Assembly (NCBI GenBank): GCA_965648905.1
Contig: CBFGIT010000008.1
Location: forward strand, 1 to 64,000
DNA: 64,000 bases
Source: a candidate division WOR-3 bacterium
GTDB taxonomy: Bacteria > Hydrothermota > Tepidihabitantia > Tepidihabitantales > Tepidihabitantaceae
Reading direction: 5' to 3'
In this document: positions 1 to 9,259 of the stretch, piece after piece
How the letters are laid out: each line of letters begins with the position of its first letter
Position numbering within the stretch: position 1 is the stretch's first letter
Notes under the pieces: generated by a model
The model's database searches: none
What the model was told of the DNA's origin: nothing
The model's input: the letters and a program-made list of their open reading frames with translations, nothing else
Made by a program: the position numbers and the translations under genes

Positions 1-503
1 CCACGGTCCAATATGAACACGGGTTCGAGCTTCTGGAAGCGCAGGAGGCAGGCGACCAGGTCGAAGAACTCACGCTCGATTACGTTCTGGCCGGCGGGCA
101 TGCGGTCGTAGCGGTAGATGCGGAAGGCGAAGGGTAGAGCACGTCCCAAGTACGGAATGGCCGCGACCAAGCCCTGGCAGCCACCCGGCAGGTCGGTTTC
201 GTCAACGATTGTGACCGGGACCAGCTTGCCTTTGGGACTGAGCGCCAGAATCATCCCGAGCAGTCGGTCGAAGATGATGGTGGAAGGTAGCCGTGGATTA
301 CCGACGAAACGGTGGACCCGCTTCTCGTTGTGGCGGAAGGTGGTCTGGGTCTGCAGTCGACGCGCCCGAGCGGCCGGTGGCAGGGCCTCACCGTGCAGCG
401 CGGCGAGGGTGAGCAGTGTCAGATTGGTCAGTTGTGTGAACCGGAGAGCAGAACCGAACCGACGTTTGAGCAACCTGCGGACAGTGCGGGACACACTCCG
501 CAC
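1..503 (-). CDS. IS4-family DDE transposase, N-terminal part (runs off the window edge)
   Basis: Manual translation from GTG 503: VRSVSRTVRRLLKRRF...HNEKRVHRFVGNPRL...VTIVDETDL...LVAAIPYLGRALPF...VFILDRG; IS4-type first Asp and DRG motif. Absent from the ORF track because it is open at the edge. Confidence 0.8.
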   Translation of the reverse strand, partial: MRSVSRTVRRLLKRRFGSALRFTQLTNLTLLTLAALHGEALPPAARARRLQTQTTFRHNEKRVHRFVGNPRLPSTIIFDRLLGMILALSPKGKLVPVTIVDETDLPGGCQGLVAAIPYLGRALPFAFRIYRYDRMPAGQNVIEREFFDLVACLLRFQKLEPVFILDR

Positions 504-562
504 GGCTACAGTCTAGCGTACTCTCCCGGGCTTGGCTACACGGATCCAGTGGGGTAAGTCAG
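1..562 (-). mobile_element. IS4-family insertion sequence end (partial)
   Basis: Minus-strand CTGACTTACCCCACTGG starting at 562 resembles IS10/IS50-type CTGA- termini and lies 59 bp upstream of the transposase start. Confidence 0.65.
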
Positions 563-574
563 CCGCCGGGCATA

Positions 575-602
575 TTGACTGTGCGCAGGCTCGCCCTATA
601 AT
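575..602 (+). promoter_or_regulatory. sigma70-like promoter for tRNA-Leu/deoB/cdd
   Basis: TTGACT-N16-TATAAT. Confidence 0.7.
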
Positions 603-662
603 CACTGCGCGTACATGACCCGATTCCGGTGCCCGAAGGCCGGTTCGTGTTGCGCCTGCCCT

Positions 663-744
663 GCCGGGGTGGTGGAATTGGCAGACACGCTTGGTTGAGG
701 GCCAAGTGCCTTACAGCATGCAGGTTCAAATCCTGTCCCCGGCA
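663..744 (+). tRNA. tRNA-Leu(GAG)
   Basis: GCCGGGG/CCCCGGC acceptor stem, anticodon arm CTTGG-ttGAGgg-CCAAG, long variable arm, GGTTCAAATCC T-loop; CCA not encoded. Confidence 0.95.
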
Positions 745-766
745 TTCTTTCTCCTAAGGAAGTCCT

Positions 767-2032
767 ACGTCCGACCGCTCACGCCAGACCGTCCCACCAG
801 CCAGAGCCGAACTCGCCGCACGCCGAGTCATCGTTCTTCTGCTTGATGGCGTCGGCTGCGGTGCATTGCCTGATGCCGAACGGTTCGGCGATTCCGGGTC
901 AGACACCATTGCCAACACTGCTGACGCGGTCGGCGGCCTGCGTCTCCCCAATCTCGCCCGGCTCGGACTCGGAAACATCGTCCCCATCAAGGGCGTGACG
1001 CCACAAGCTAGACCCGCTGGCTGCTATGGCAGGATGGCCGAGCTTTCCCAAGGCAAGGACTCGACCATCGGCCACTGGGAGATTGCCGGCCTGGTCACGC
1101 ACGAGCCGTTCCCGTTGTTCCCGAATGGATTCCCGGCTGAACTAATCAGAACTTTTGAGCAGGCGATCGGTCGCCGGACTATCGGCAACAAGCCTGCCTC
1201 CGGCACCGCGATTATCGAGGAGCTGGGCCAGGAGCACCTGCGAACCGGATGTCCGATTGTCTACACCTCGGCCGACAGCGTGTTCCAGGTTGCCTGCCAT
1301 GAGGCGGTCGTTTCACCGGCCGAGCTGTACCAAATCTGCGAAACAGCCCGCAGCCTCTGCACCGGCCCCTATCGCGTGGCGCGAGTCATTGCCCGGCCGT
1401 TTGTCGGCGCGCCGGGCCGGTTCCGGCGCACACAAGGACGCAAGGACTTTTCCTGCCCGCCGCCCGCTCCGACCCTGCTCGACTACGTCAAACAGGCCGG
1501 CCTGCCCGTGATTGGCATTGGCAAGCTCGATGACCTGTTCGCGCACCAAGGGTTCACCGAGACTCACCACTCGGTTGTAAATGACGAGTGCCTTGACCTG
1601 ACCTTGCAGGCAATCGCCCGGACCCGGGCCGGCCTCATGTTCGCCAACTTTGTCCAGTTTGACACGGACTGGGGCCACCGCAACGATGTCGCAGCCTTTG
1701 CGCGCGGCCTGGCCGAGTTCGATGCCCGACTGCCCGATGTTGTCGACCAGTTGCGTCCGGAAGACATCCTGTTCATCACTGCCGACCACGGCAATGACCC
1801 AACTACAACCTCAACCGACCACTCGCGTGAGTACGTGCCCCTGCTTGTCACCGGCCCGGGCATCAAACAGGGTGTGAACCTGGGCACACGCCCAAGCTTT
1901 GCCGACCTTGGCCAGACCGCGGCCGAGTTCCTTTCTGTCCATCCCACCCGGGACGGCACGAGCTTTCTCGAGGAGATTACCCATGAGACAACCGCTCAAG
2001 ACCAGGCTGCTGCGTGCAGCCCGCAAAGCTGA
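767..2032 (+). CDS. deoB: phosphopentomutase (probable ACG start at 767; ORF-track TTG at 866 cuts off the conserved N-terminus)
   Basis: RRVIVLLLDGVGCGALPDA, GKDSTIGHWE, YTSADSVFQ, WGHRND, TADHGNDP, DHSREYVP motifs. Confidence 0.93.
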   Translation, partial: TSDRSRQTVPPARAELAARRVIVLLLDGVGCGALPDAERFGDSGSDTIANTADAVGGLRLPNLARLGLGNIVPIKGVTPQARPAGCYGRMAELSQGKDSTIGHWEIAGLVTHEPFPLFPNGFPAELIRTFEQAIGRRTIGNKPASGTAIIEELGQEHLRTGCPIVYTSADSVFQVACHEAVVSPAELYQICETARSLCTGPYRVARVIARPFVGAPGRFRRTQGRKDFSCPPPAPTLLDYVKQAGLPVIGIGKLDDLFAHQGFTETHHSVVNDECLDLTLQAIARTRAGLMFANFVQFDTDWGHRNDVAAFARGLAEFDARLPDVVDQLRPEDILFITADHGNDPTTTSTDHSREYVPLLVTGPGIKQGVNLGTRPSFADLGQTAAEFLSVHPTRDGTSFLEEITHETTAQDQAAACSPQS

Positions 2033-2372
2033 AAAGCACTCCTACTCGCCCTATTCGCACTTCCCGGTCGGCGCCGCAGCGCTCACCGACGAAGGACACG
2101 TGTACGCCGGGACCAACGTCGAAAACAGTTCCCTGGGCCTGACCGTCTGCGCTGAACGCGTGGCGCTGTTCACGGCAGTTGCTGCCGGCGCACGCCGGAT
2201 TGCGGCCGTGCTTGTCTATACCGACACCGACGCATTCACCCCGCCGTGCGGCGCGTGCCTGCAGGTGCTGGCCGAGTTTGGTGCAAACCCCGAAGTAATC
2301 CTCGCCTGCCGCAAGGGCCTCAAGCACCACCGGCTCGTTGACCTGCTGCCGGCAGGATTCAGGCTGGGCTAG
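1983..2372 (+). CDS. cdd: cytidine deaminase
   Basis: YSPYSHFPVGAA, NVEN, CAER, PCGAC motifs; GAGGAG SD before ATG 1983. Confidence 0.95.
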   Translation: MRQPLKTRLLRAARKAEKHSYSPYSHFPVGAAALTDEGHVYAGTNVENSSLGLTVCAERVALFTAVAAGARRIAAVLVYTDTDAFTPPCGACLQVLAEFGANPEVILACRKGLKHHRLVDLLPAGFRLG

Positions 2373-3619
2373 CTGATTCGTTCGAGACCGTGCATATACG
2401 GTCTCAGACACTCAGGGACAACTACTGAGCCGTCAGCCTGCTGGAAGTTCTCCAGTATCGCGACAAAGACCCGGGGCAAGGCCAGGGCTGAGCCGTTCAG
2501 CGCATGGGGATAGAACGTCTTGCCGTCGCTGCCTTTTGCCCTGATGTTGCCGCGCCTGGTCTGATAATCCTCGCAGTTGGAGATCGAGGAGACCTCGAGC
2601 CAGCGCCCGACACCTGCGGCCCACACCTCAAGGTCATAGGTCTTGGCTGACTGGTACGCAATATCCCAGGCCGCGAGCCGCTTGACCCGGTAGGGAAGCC
2701 CGAGGTCCCGCAGCAGACTCTCGGCCTCGGCCCGCATCTCCTCCAAGGCCTGGTAGGACTGCTCGGGTCGGACCAGCCGGACGTTCTCGACTTTGTCGAA
2801 CTGGTGGATTCTAATCATGCCGCGCACGTCTTTGCCGTAGGAACCGGCCTCGCGCCGGAAACAGGCCGTGCCGGCAACGTACTTGACCGGCAACCGTTCT
2901 TCCGGAATCGTCTGACCCCGGTGAAAGCTGACCAGTTGCGGCTCGGCGGTCGGCACGAGAAACAGCGCATCGTCCCGCAGCGCGTACATCTCGCTCTCAA
3001 GGTGCGGCAACTGACCGGTGGCCACAAGTGTTGCTGCGTTGGCCAGAACCGGCGGTGCAATCTCGGTGTAGCCGTGCCGGCGCACATTGGTGTCAAGAAA
3101 GTAGTTGACCAGCGCGCGCTCGAGCAGTGCGCCCGCGCCCTTGAATACGACAAACCGCGACCCGGCCAGCCGGGCCGCGGCCTCAAGGTCAATGATGTCA
3201 AGGGCGGTGCCCAGGTCCCAGTGTGCCAGTGGACTGAAGTCGAATCGAGGCGGTTCGCCCCACTCAGCAACGGTCTCTTCGGCGTCCGTGACCGAAGCAT
3301 GCACGATGTTGGGCAGGGCCTGAGCCAGCTCCGCCTGCTCGGACTCGATTCGTGCGACCTCGGTATCAAGCCGCTTCACGATATCGGACAGCTCGCGCGC
3401 CCGGGCAATCTCCGGGTCGCAGGGCCGCTTCTCTTTCTTGGCCCGACCGACCTCTTCGGAAACCTGACGCTGCTGGAACCGGGCCTCATCGCGCTCGCGG
3501 GCCAGCTTCCGACGCTCGGCGTCAAGCGCGACAATCCGGTCGACCTCGGCCGGGCAGCGCCGCAGCGCAAGTATTCGACGAGCCTCTTCCGGATTCTCAC
3601 GTATCAGCCTGATGTCCAA
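2369..3619 (-). CDS. serS: seryl-tRNA synthetase
   Basis: N-terminal coiled coil, LVPTAE, CFRREAGSYG, HQFDKVE, EVSSISNC, LNGSALA. Confidence 0.97.
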   Translation of the reverse strand: MDIRLIRENPEEARRILALRRCPAEVDRIVALDAERRKLARERDEARFQQRQVSEEVGRAKKEKRPCDPEIARARELSDIVKRLDTEVARIESEQAELAQALPNIVHASVTDAEETVAEWGEPPRFDFSPLAHWDLGTALDIIDLEAAARLAGSRFVVFKGAGALLERALVNYFLDTNVRRHGYTEIAPPVLANAATLVATGQLPHLESEMYALRDDALFLVPTAEPQLVSFHRGQTIPEERLPVKYVAGTACFRREAGSYGKDVRGMIRIHQFDKVENVRLVRPEQSYQALEEMRAEAESLLRDLGLPYRVKRLAAWDIAYQSAKTYDLEVWAAGVGRWLEVSSISNCEDYQTRRGNIRAKGSDGKTFYPHALNGSALALPRVFVAILENFQQADGSVVVPECLRPYMHGLERIS

Positions 3620-3622
3620 CTC

Positions 3623-4219
3623 CTACCTCTCTTTCCGGGATACCGACTGCTGCATTACTGCCTTGACTAGAAGGTCGTACTCGACGTTCACCAGCGCACC
3701 AGGCCGCAATGTCCGAAGGGTGGTGTTGTCCCAAGTGTGCGGAATGACATTGACGCTGAACTCACCGGACCGAGCGCAGGCAACTGTCAGACTGACACCG
3801 TCCACCGCGACCGAGCCACGGGAAACGAGAAAACCCGAGTTCCTGCGGTCAACCTCGACCGCAATCGTCCTGTACCCGGCATGACGCTCCATGCGCCTGA
3901 CCCGGCCCACTTCGTCAACATGACCCTGAACCATGTGCCCGCCGAGCCGGTCGCCCAGCGCCAGGGCACGCTCCAGATTGACCGCATCCCCGACCCTGAG
4001 TCGGCCGAGCGTAGTCGTCTTCAAAGTCGATGCCACGGCCTCAACCGCAAAGTCAGTCTTGTTGGCTTGGATCACGGTCAGGCACACACCACTGACCGCA
4101 ACGCTGTCGCCGACTCCAAGCTCAGAAGCGAAATCAGCATGCACCGTAAGCAGCCGGTTACCCTGCCGGCCGAGCACACGTTCGATACGTCCGACCGACT
4201 CAATCAGTCCGGTGAACAT
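3623..4219 (-). CDS. ribE: riboflavin synthase (alpha chain)
   Basis: MFTGLIE N-terminus, GVCLTV, VNLERAL, GGHMVQGHVD, GVSLTV. Confidence 0.96.
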   Translation of the reverse strand: MFTGLIESVGRIERVLGRQGNRLLTVHADFASELGVGDSVAVSGVCLTVIQANKTDFAVEAVASTLKTTTLGRLRVGDAVNLERALALGDRLGGHMVQGHVDEVGRVRRMERHAGYRTIAVEVDRRNSGFLVSRGSVAVDGVSLTVACARSGEFSVNVIPHTWDNTTLRTLRPGALVNVEYDLLVKAVMQQSVSRKER

Positions 4220-5285
4220 AGCCTTCGGTCAGTACATCAGGTCCCAGACAGCGGTGCTCGACCCGGCTCAGTTGAATCGCCTGATTGAGCCGCCGGCTGC
4301 GCATCTTCTCCGTGAAACCACGTCCGGGCCCGAGCAGAAGCGGCGCGTGAAAGACACATGCCTTGTCCACTACCCCGGCTTGGAGCGCGCTTGACGCCAC
4401 GGTTGCCCCGCCCTCAATCAGCACTGCGGCCAGCCCGCGCTGGTACAGGAATCTGAGGATTCGCGGCCAGCTCAGAAGACCGCCTGCATTCGTACCCAGG
4501 GCCACGACTTCTGCGCCCTGGCGTTCGAGCCTTGCGGCCCGAGCTTCGTACCGGCGCCCGCAAAGTACGAACACAGGCCCTGGTTCCTGAAACAACCGGC
4601 TCCGGGGCGAAACTGTCAGCTCGGTGTCCAGAACAACTCTCACCAGCCTCTTGTTCCGGGCAATGCGGCAGGTCAGTCGCGGATTGTCGGCACGCACAGT
4701 CCCGGCACCGACCACAATCGCATCAACTGACCGACGCAACTCCTGCACAAACCGCCTTGCCGTTACGCCGGTCAACCACTGAGAACGTCCCCAGCGGTCC
4801 GCAATCATTCCGTCCAGCGTAACTGCGGTCTTGAGCACAACAAACGGCCGACGCTTTTTGACAAAGGTGAAGTACGCCTCATTCAACTGCCGCGCCTCAT
4901 CTCGAAGCAGGCCAAGACCGGTCTTGATCCCCTGAGCCCGCAGACACCTGAGTCCGCGACCATTGACCAGGGGATTCGGGTCCAGCACTGCGGCTTCAAC
5001 GTGCCGAATACCGGCCGGCACGATCGCATCAGTGCAGGCCGGGGTCTTACCTTGAAAACAGCACGGCTCCATCGTGACGTAAAGGGTGCTGCCTCGGGCA
5101 TTGGCACCAGCAGCGCGAATCGCCTCGACCTCGGCGTGGGCACCGCCGAACCGCCGGTGCCAGCCGCGTCCCACAATCCGGCCATGCTTCACGAGCACGG
5201 CCCCGACCATCGGATTTGGAGAAACGAAACCGCGGCCGCGCGCAGCCAGTTCCAGCGCCTCGCGCATGAAACGCTCGCCTGACAT
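4200..5285 (-). CDS. ribD: riboflavin biosynthesis deaminase/reductase
   Basis: PNPMVGAV, HAE, EPCC...TPAC, IEGGA; ATG 5285 lies 7 nt after TTGACA-N16-TATGAT. Confidence 0.96.
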   Translation of the reverse strand: MSGERFMREALELAARGRGFVSPNPMVGAVLVKHGRIVGRGWHRRFGGAHAEVEAIRAAGANARGSTLYVTMEPCCFQGKTPACTDAIVPAGIRHVEAAVLDPNPLVNGRGLRCLRAQGIKTGLGLLRDEARQLNEAYFTFVKKRRPFVVLKTAVTLDGMIADRWGRSQWLTGVTARRFVQELRRSVDAIVVGAGTVRADNPRLTCRIARNKRLVRVVLDTELTVSPRSRLFQEPGPVFVLCGRRYEARAARLERQGAEVVALGTNAGGLLSWPRILRFLYQRGLAAVLIEGGATVASSALQAGVVDKACVFHAPLLLGPGRGFTEKMRSRRLNQAIQLSRVEHRCLGPDVLTEGYVHRTD

Positions 5286-5345
5286 CGCGCCAATCATAGA
5301 CCCGACCCGGCAACTGTCAACACGATGGCTTCAATTCCCTCCGGG

Positions 5346-5627
5346 CTAGTACTCGATGTCGAACCGGTCGAACTCGTGCCTGAACTCATCCCAGTCAACC
5401 TCGACGCCTGTAACCTGAGCCCGGGGCGGTCCCTTGTGCAATCGCTCAAGCAGTGTCTCAAGGTTGGCTCGTTCGCCTTCGGCCCGCACCTCGACCCGTC
5501 CGTCAAGCAGATTCCTGACCGTGCCGCCGAGCTTCAGCGCCGTCGCCTCCCGGTATACGAACATCCTGAAGAACACGCCCTGCACTCGGCCGCTGACAGT
5601 GGCATGAAATGACGCCTTGGAAGACAT
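5346..5627 (-). CDS. acyP: acylphosphatase
   Basis: VSGRVQGVFFR, GTVRNLLDGRVEV, GPPRAQV. Confidence 0.93.
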   Translation of the reverse strand: MSSKASFHATVSGRVQGVFFRMFVYREATALKLGGTVRNLLDGRVEVRAEGERANLETLLERLHKGPPRAQVTGVEVDWDEFRHEFDRFDIEY

Positions 5628-5822
5628 GGCCCAAGATAGCCTCTGCCTGCGCCGTGTCAATTCCGGCGCGCCTCCCGGCTCATGACCTGTCTTCATTACT
5701 TGACACCCGAAGCAGTCATGCTATCCTACAGGCGACGGAGTTCCTATTCGTACCCAGCCCGACCGCAATGCAGTCCACGGCAGTCACCGCGCCGTCGAAC
5801 ACAGCATGAGCGTGCCGACAAT

Positions 5823-5906
5823 GCCGAGGTGGCGGAAATGGCAGACGCGCTAGCCTCAGGAGTTAGTGGGCTCACGCCCTTGGGGGTTCAAATCCCCCCC
5901 TCGGCA
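5823..5906 (+). tRNA. tRNA-Leu(CAG)
   Basis: GCCGAGG/CCTCGGC acceptor stem, CTAGC-ctCAGga-GTTAG anticodon arm, long variable arm; upstream TTGACA-N16-TATCCT at 5700-5727. Confidence 0.95.
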
Positions 5907-5943
5907 TCAGACTGGGCGCCGGACATGGCAGGAGGCGAAAAAG

Positions 5944-6375
5944 ATGGAACAACTCTGGACTGAGCGAATCGACAACGCCAAAGACCACAACGGCGCTGAC
6001 CACCGGCTGAAGATTACCCATTACGACAACCGCGAAGCCGACCCGGCAGGCCCAATCCGAGGGCCGTTCGGTGCCTCGGGGCTCCACGCCGCAATTGAAC
6101 ACGCCAGCGGCGCAATTGACGTCTGGCTCCTCTGCAGTCAGACTCAGTACGAGTACTTCTCGGGCGAGGCCGAGCAGGCCGCCGGCACGCCCCCTGACCG
6201 CGCCATTCTTCAGACCCGCCGAAACCAGTTGCTTGAAGACCTGGCGATGAAAGTCAAACTCGCCTTCCGCGCCAGCCAGCTCATGCCCGGCGATGAGATT
6301 CATGTCCGGCTCGGCCCTGATATCCGGGTTCCGGCCTATGGCCCGGAGTGGCGCCGCGCACTAAGAGAAGACTGA
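5944..6375 (+). CDS. hypothetical protein
   Basis: AGGAGG SD, ATG 5944, GC3-rich codons; no recognised motif. Confidence 0.7.
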   Translation: MEQLWTERIDNAKDHNGADHRLKITHYDNREADPAGPIRGPFGASGLHAAIEHASGAIDVWLLCSQTQYEYFSGEAEQAAGTPPDRAILQTRRNQLLEDLAMKVKLAFRASQLMPGDEIHVRLGPDIRVPAYGPEWRRALRED

Positions 6376-6458
6376 CCTTCCAGGCACAGTCGGGCCTGAG
6401 ACTGCCGGAACGAAATTTCTGCTCGGTTCACAGCCTCATCGCAATCAGATTAAGAACG

Positions 6459-6746
6459 GCTGCAGTCAACGCCGAAATCGCGACTCCGGCGAGCGCTGAG
6501 GCAAGCACCGGCTCAAGCGCCTGGTCACCTGCCGAACCAGCTACTCGGCTGCCTGCTCAGGCCGCCACTTCGACCTCTGCCCGCGGCACCGGGCACGGTA
6601 TGGCCTCAGACAATGCCTGAGATTGCGCTCAGGCAAACGCGCGCAACGTCACGCCCGGCAATGCGTGCGGCAAGTCCAGACAGACCGCCTGCTCAGTCGT
6701 GCTTTCAGTCGCACATTCAGATACTACCTGGGGTACGGCCTCTCCC
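6459..6746 (+). repeat. degenerate 12-bp-period array A (24 units)
   Basis: 21 of 24 consecutive 12-mers start with GC/AC (gctgcagtcaac, gccgaaatcgcg, actccggcgagc, gctgaggcaagc...). Confidence 0.85.
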
Positions 6747-6920
6747 TGACTCAGGTGTTCTGTAAGTCATCGCCATCTCGTGCTTTCGCTCCTGGTCGCT
6801 GCCTGTGGCCGGCTACGACAACGGCAGATGGTCAGCGTGCGAACAAGAATCTGATAATCAACAGGTTACACGCACGGACGGGCCTTCGGGGATTCTTGTC
6901 TCAGCCGCGCCCGGTAGGCC

Positions 6921-7256
6921 CTTCCCCGAGGCCTTCCTGTTGTTACTGCCGTCGGTCTGACCAGCATCCATGTTCAATGCCACGGTCTCGGCAATCATCT
7001 AGACATGCCGTGTGGTCTTGCACAAGGGCAGCCAAACGGCGATTGGCTGTAGATTGCTGTCGGCACAGTCCATCTGATTCCAGCCGGCACGACCCACGGG
7101 CTTTCACGCGGCCATCTTCCCGGCACGACCGCCGGCATCTCAAGAAGCCAGACCACAGGTCTTGCTCAAAGCCAAGCCGGCAGCCTGGCTCAAGGCCCGG
7201 CGAGCTGCCAAGCCTGCGGTCTCATGCCAGGCAACGCCGACGGCTGATGTTGGGGC
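6921..7256 (-). repeat. degenerate 12-bp-period array B (28 units), inverted relative to A
   Basis: 21 of 28 consecutive plus-strand 12-mers end in GC/GT (14 of 15 in 7077-7256). Confidence 0.8.
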
Positions 7257-7287
7257 CACTCCGTCGGACCCGCCAAGCTCTCAAATC

Positions 7288-7319
7288 GCAAGGCGGCGAG
7301 CTCTGTCTCGCCGCCTTGC
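7288..7319. terminator. 13-bp stem hairpin, probable terminator
   Basis: GCAAGGCGGCGAG-ctctgt-CTCGCCGCCTTGC. Confidence 0.6.
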
Positions 7320-7436
7320 CCTGTGTCATTTGTGCTGTATGTATCCTGTCTGCTGCGCAGGGACTGCAGTTCTCGCTGGGGCAGCAGAACGACCCTCCTG
7401 CGGCCGGCTCACCCGTTGAGCTACTGTCGACCGCTA

Positions 7437-8138
7437 CTATCGGTCTGGACCAACGTACCCGAAGCAGACGCCAATGCTGGCGATGAAGCCCTCCAGCATC
7501 GCGGTCGTATTCGTCTCCTCTCCGGACGAGAACGTGGTCATGACCGGAACGCTAACCTGCAGTTCGGGCATGATTCGACCGCTGCGGCTGCCACCGATTC
7601 GGAATGGCAAGCCAGCTCCGGCAACCGCAGACAGAGTGCCGCCGCTGGCCGTCGCGCCGCCTCCGCTCGCACTAGCGCCGCCGTAGTTCACACCGGCGTT
7701 CGCCATGAACGGAAAGCTGCCCTGCTGTTCGCTGCTCAAGAAGAAGCGCGAATTCAGGAAGTACATACCGAACCCTGTGCCGCCCATGCTCATTCCGTAG
7801 TAGCTACCCCCGACGAGGATGGCTCCGTCCAGCGGGCCGCGCAGAAACTGGTACTTGGCATTCAGCCCGACACCCGGGCCAAACGACCAGACCGCACCCA
7901 GGTCCAGACCTTGGGAGACGCCGACCTTCGCGTAGATGGCTGGGAAAGGAAAGAACAACACGCCCGAAGTCGCCTCACTTGAGAGGACATGTACCGGCGT
8001 GACTGCCCCACCGAACTGGAACTGGCCTGGTTCGGCGGTGCGTGCCGTTTCGAACGTGCCAAGCGTGGCGCAGCCGGTCATCAGGATGACCGCGGCCAGA
8101 GCAGCTCCAAGAGCCGCAACTCGGATACTGACGTGCAT
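7437..8138 (-). CDS. putative outer-membrane lipoprotein / beta-barrel-like protein
   Basis: Signal peptide with lipobox LMTG-C, alternating aromatic/Gly beta-strands, AGGAGG SD. Confidence 0.7.
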   Translation of the reverse strand: MHVSIRVAALGAALAAVILMTGCATLGTFETARTAEPGQFQFGGAVTPVHVLSSEATSGVLFFPFPAIYAKVGVSQGLDLGAVWSFGPGVGLNAKYQFLRGPLDGAILVGGSYYGMSMGGTGFGMYFLNSRFFLSSEQQGSFPFMANAGVNYGGASASGGGATASGGTLSAVAGAGLPFRIGGSRSGRIMPELQVSVPVMTTFSSGEETNTTAMLEGFIASIGVCFGYVGPDR

Positions 8139-8188
8139 ACGCTACCTCCTCTTTGTGGGCTTTCGCCCGCCTGTCGAACTTGAGAACG

Positions 8189-8220
8189 AAAAAGCGACCC
8201 TCGCCTTGCGAGGGCCGCCT
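8189..8220 (-). terminator. rho-independent terminator after porV-like gene
   Basis: Minus strand GCGGCCCTCG-caagg-CGAGGGTCGC-TTTTT. Confidence 0.75.
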
Positions 8221-8317
8221 ACTGTGACCGGAAAAACCATGCCTGAACGCTGGAACTCTATTCTGCGTGTCCCCCGTCCTGGCTTCTGACTCTCCCAGTC
8301 AATGGCACTGCGCGCCA

Positions 8318-9250
8318 CTAGAACCTCACCCGCACCGAGATTCTGTGCGTGGCATCAATCTCCTTGTACGGCACGAACGCATAGTCAACACCGGCCAGGC
8401 CGTACTTCGCACCCAGTCCCACGGACCAGCTACGCGCGGTGTTGAACCCGCCTCTCAGGAACAGGTACTCCATCAGGTTGAACTCACCGCCGACGCCGAA
8501 CCAGACCGCGTTGTCACGGGGCTTGTTCGCGTCCACGGCCAGCGTAACCGGGCCGAGTCTTGCGCCGACTCCGGCCTTGATGTTCAGCGGCAGCGGGTCA
8601 GCCTGCTCGATGAACTTCATGCTCGTCCCGACATTCTGCACCGCAAGCCCGACCTTGATGCCGACAACCGGAACCGGCAACTGGTACAGCACGCCCAGGT
8701 CGCCGGCCAAACCACGGGTCTGGAACGTGTCAATCTGCTGCTGCAGGTACTTCAGGGCAAGCCCGAAATCAAGCGTCCCCAAAACCAGCCCCGGAACCCT
8801 GCCGGCAAACGCAGCCGTCCCGGCCGCGTCGTACGCCGAGTACTCGCCGGTCTTGCGGAACTCCTCATAGCGCGGAATCGTGCCCGACGACGAGTACGCA
8901 CCGGCAAGGCCGAACGCGCCGAGCGGCGTGGGCAGGGCCAGCGCCGCGTACTGGTAGCCCATGTCCAGCAGCCAGAAGTTCTGCATTGCCAACACCTCGA
9001 TGCCGGAGAGCTGCTTCAACCCCGCCGGGTTCCAGTAGATAGCGGTTGCGTCGTCCGCGACCGCAACAAACGCCTCGCCCATCGCGCATGCCTTTGCCCC
9101 GACGCCGACCTTCAGAAACTGCGCCCCGGTTTCGCCAACTGCGAAGACAACGGTGGGGAAACCAATAGCCAGTAGCCAAGCAGCCAACAGTGCGGCGCCC
9201 ATTCTCGCCCCGCAGTCTGCATTCTGCACTCTGCACTCTGAGTTGTTCAC
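8318..9250 (-). CDS. PorV/PorQ-family (UPF0164) outer-membrane barrel; start may be ATG 9202
   Basis: GAQFLKVGVGAKACAMGEAFVAVADDATAIYWNPAGL and terminal THRISVRVRF. Confidence 0.88.
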   Translation of the reverse strand: MNNSECRVQNADCGARMGAALLAAWLLAIGFPTVVFAVGETGAQFLKVGVGAKACAMGEAFVAVADDATAIYWNPAGLKQLSGIEVLAMQNFWLLDMGYQYAALALPTPLGAFGLAGAYSSSGTIPRYEEFRKTGEYSAYDAAGTAAFAGRVPGLVLGTLDFGLALKYLQQQIDTFQTRGLAGDLGVLYQLPVPVVGIKVGLAVQNVGTSMKFIEQADPLPLNIKAGVGARLGPVTLAVDANKPRDNAVWFGVGGEFNLMEYLFLRGGFNTARSWSVGLGAKYGLAGVDYAFVPYKEIDATHRISVRVRF

Positions 9251-9259
9251 TGTGCCCTC

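Noticed and set aside
5286..5345. FMN riboswitch upstream of ribD
   Set aside because: The intergenic space is only about 60 bp and is occupied by the promoter; the gene looks leaderless.
6459..7256. CRISPR interpretation of the periodic arrays
   Set aside because: No constant 23-47-nt repeat with unique spacers, and no cas genes in the window.
6623..7486. 287-aa ORF, and the short ORFs over arrays C and D, as real proteins
   Set aside because: No SD, Arg/Ser/Pro-rich low-information sequence without family motifs; explained by GC-rich periodic arrays.
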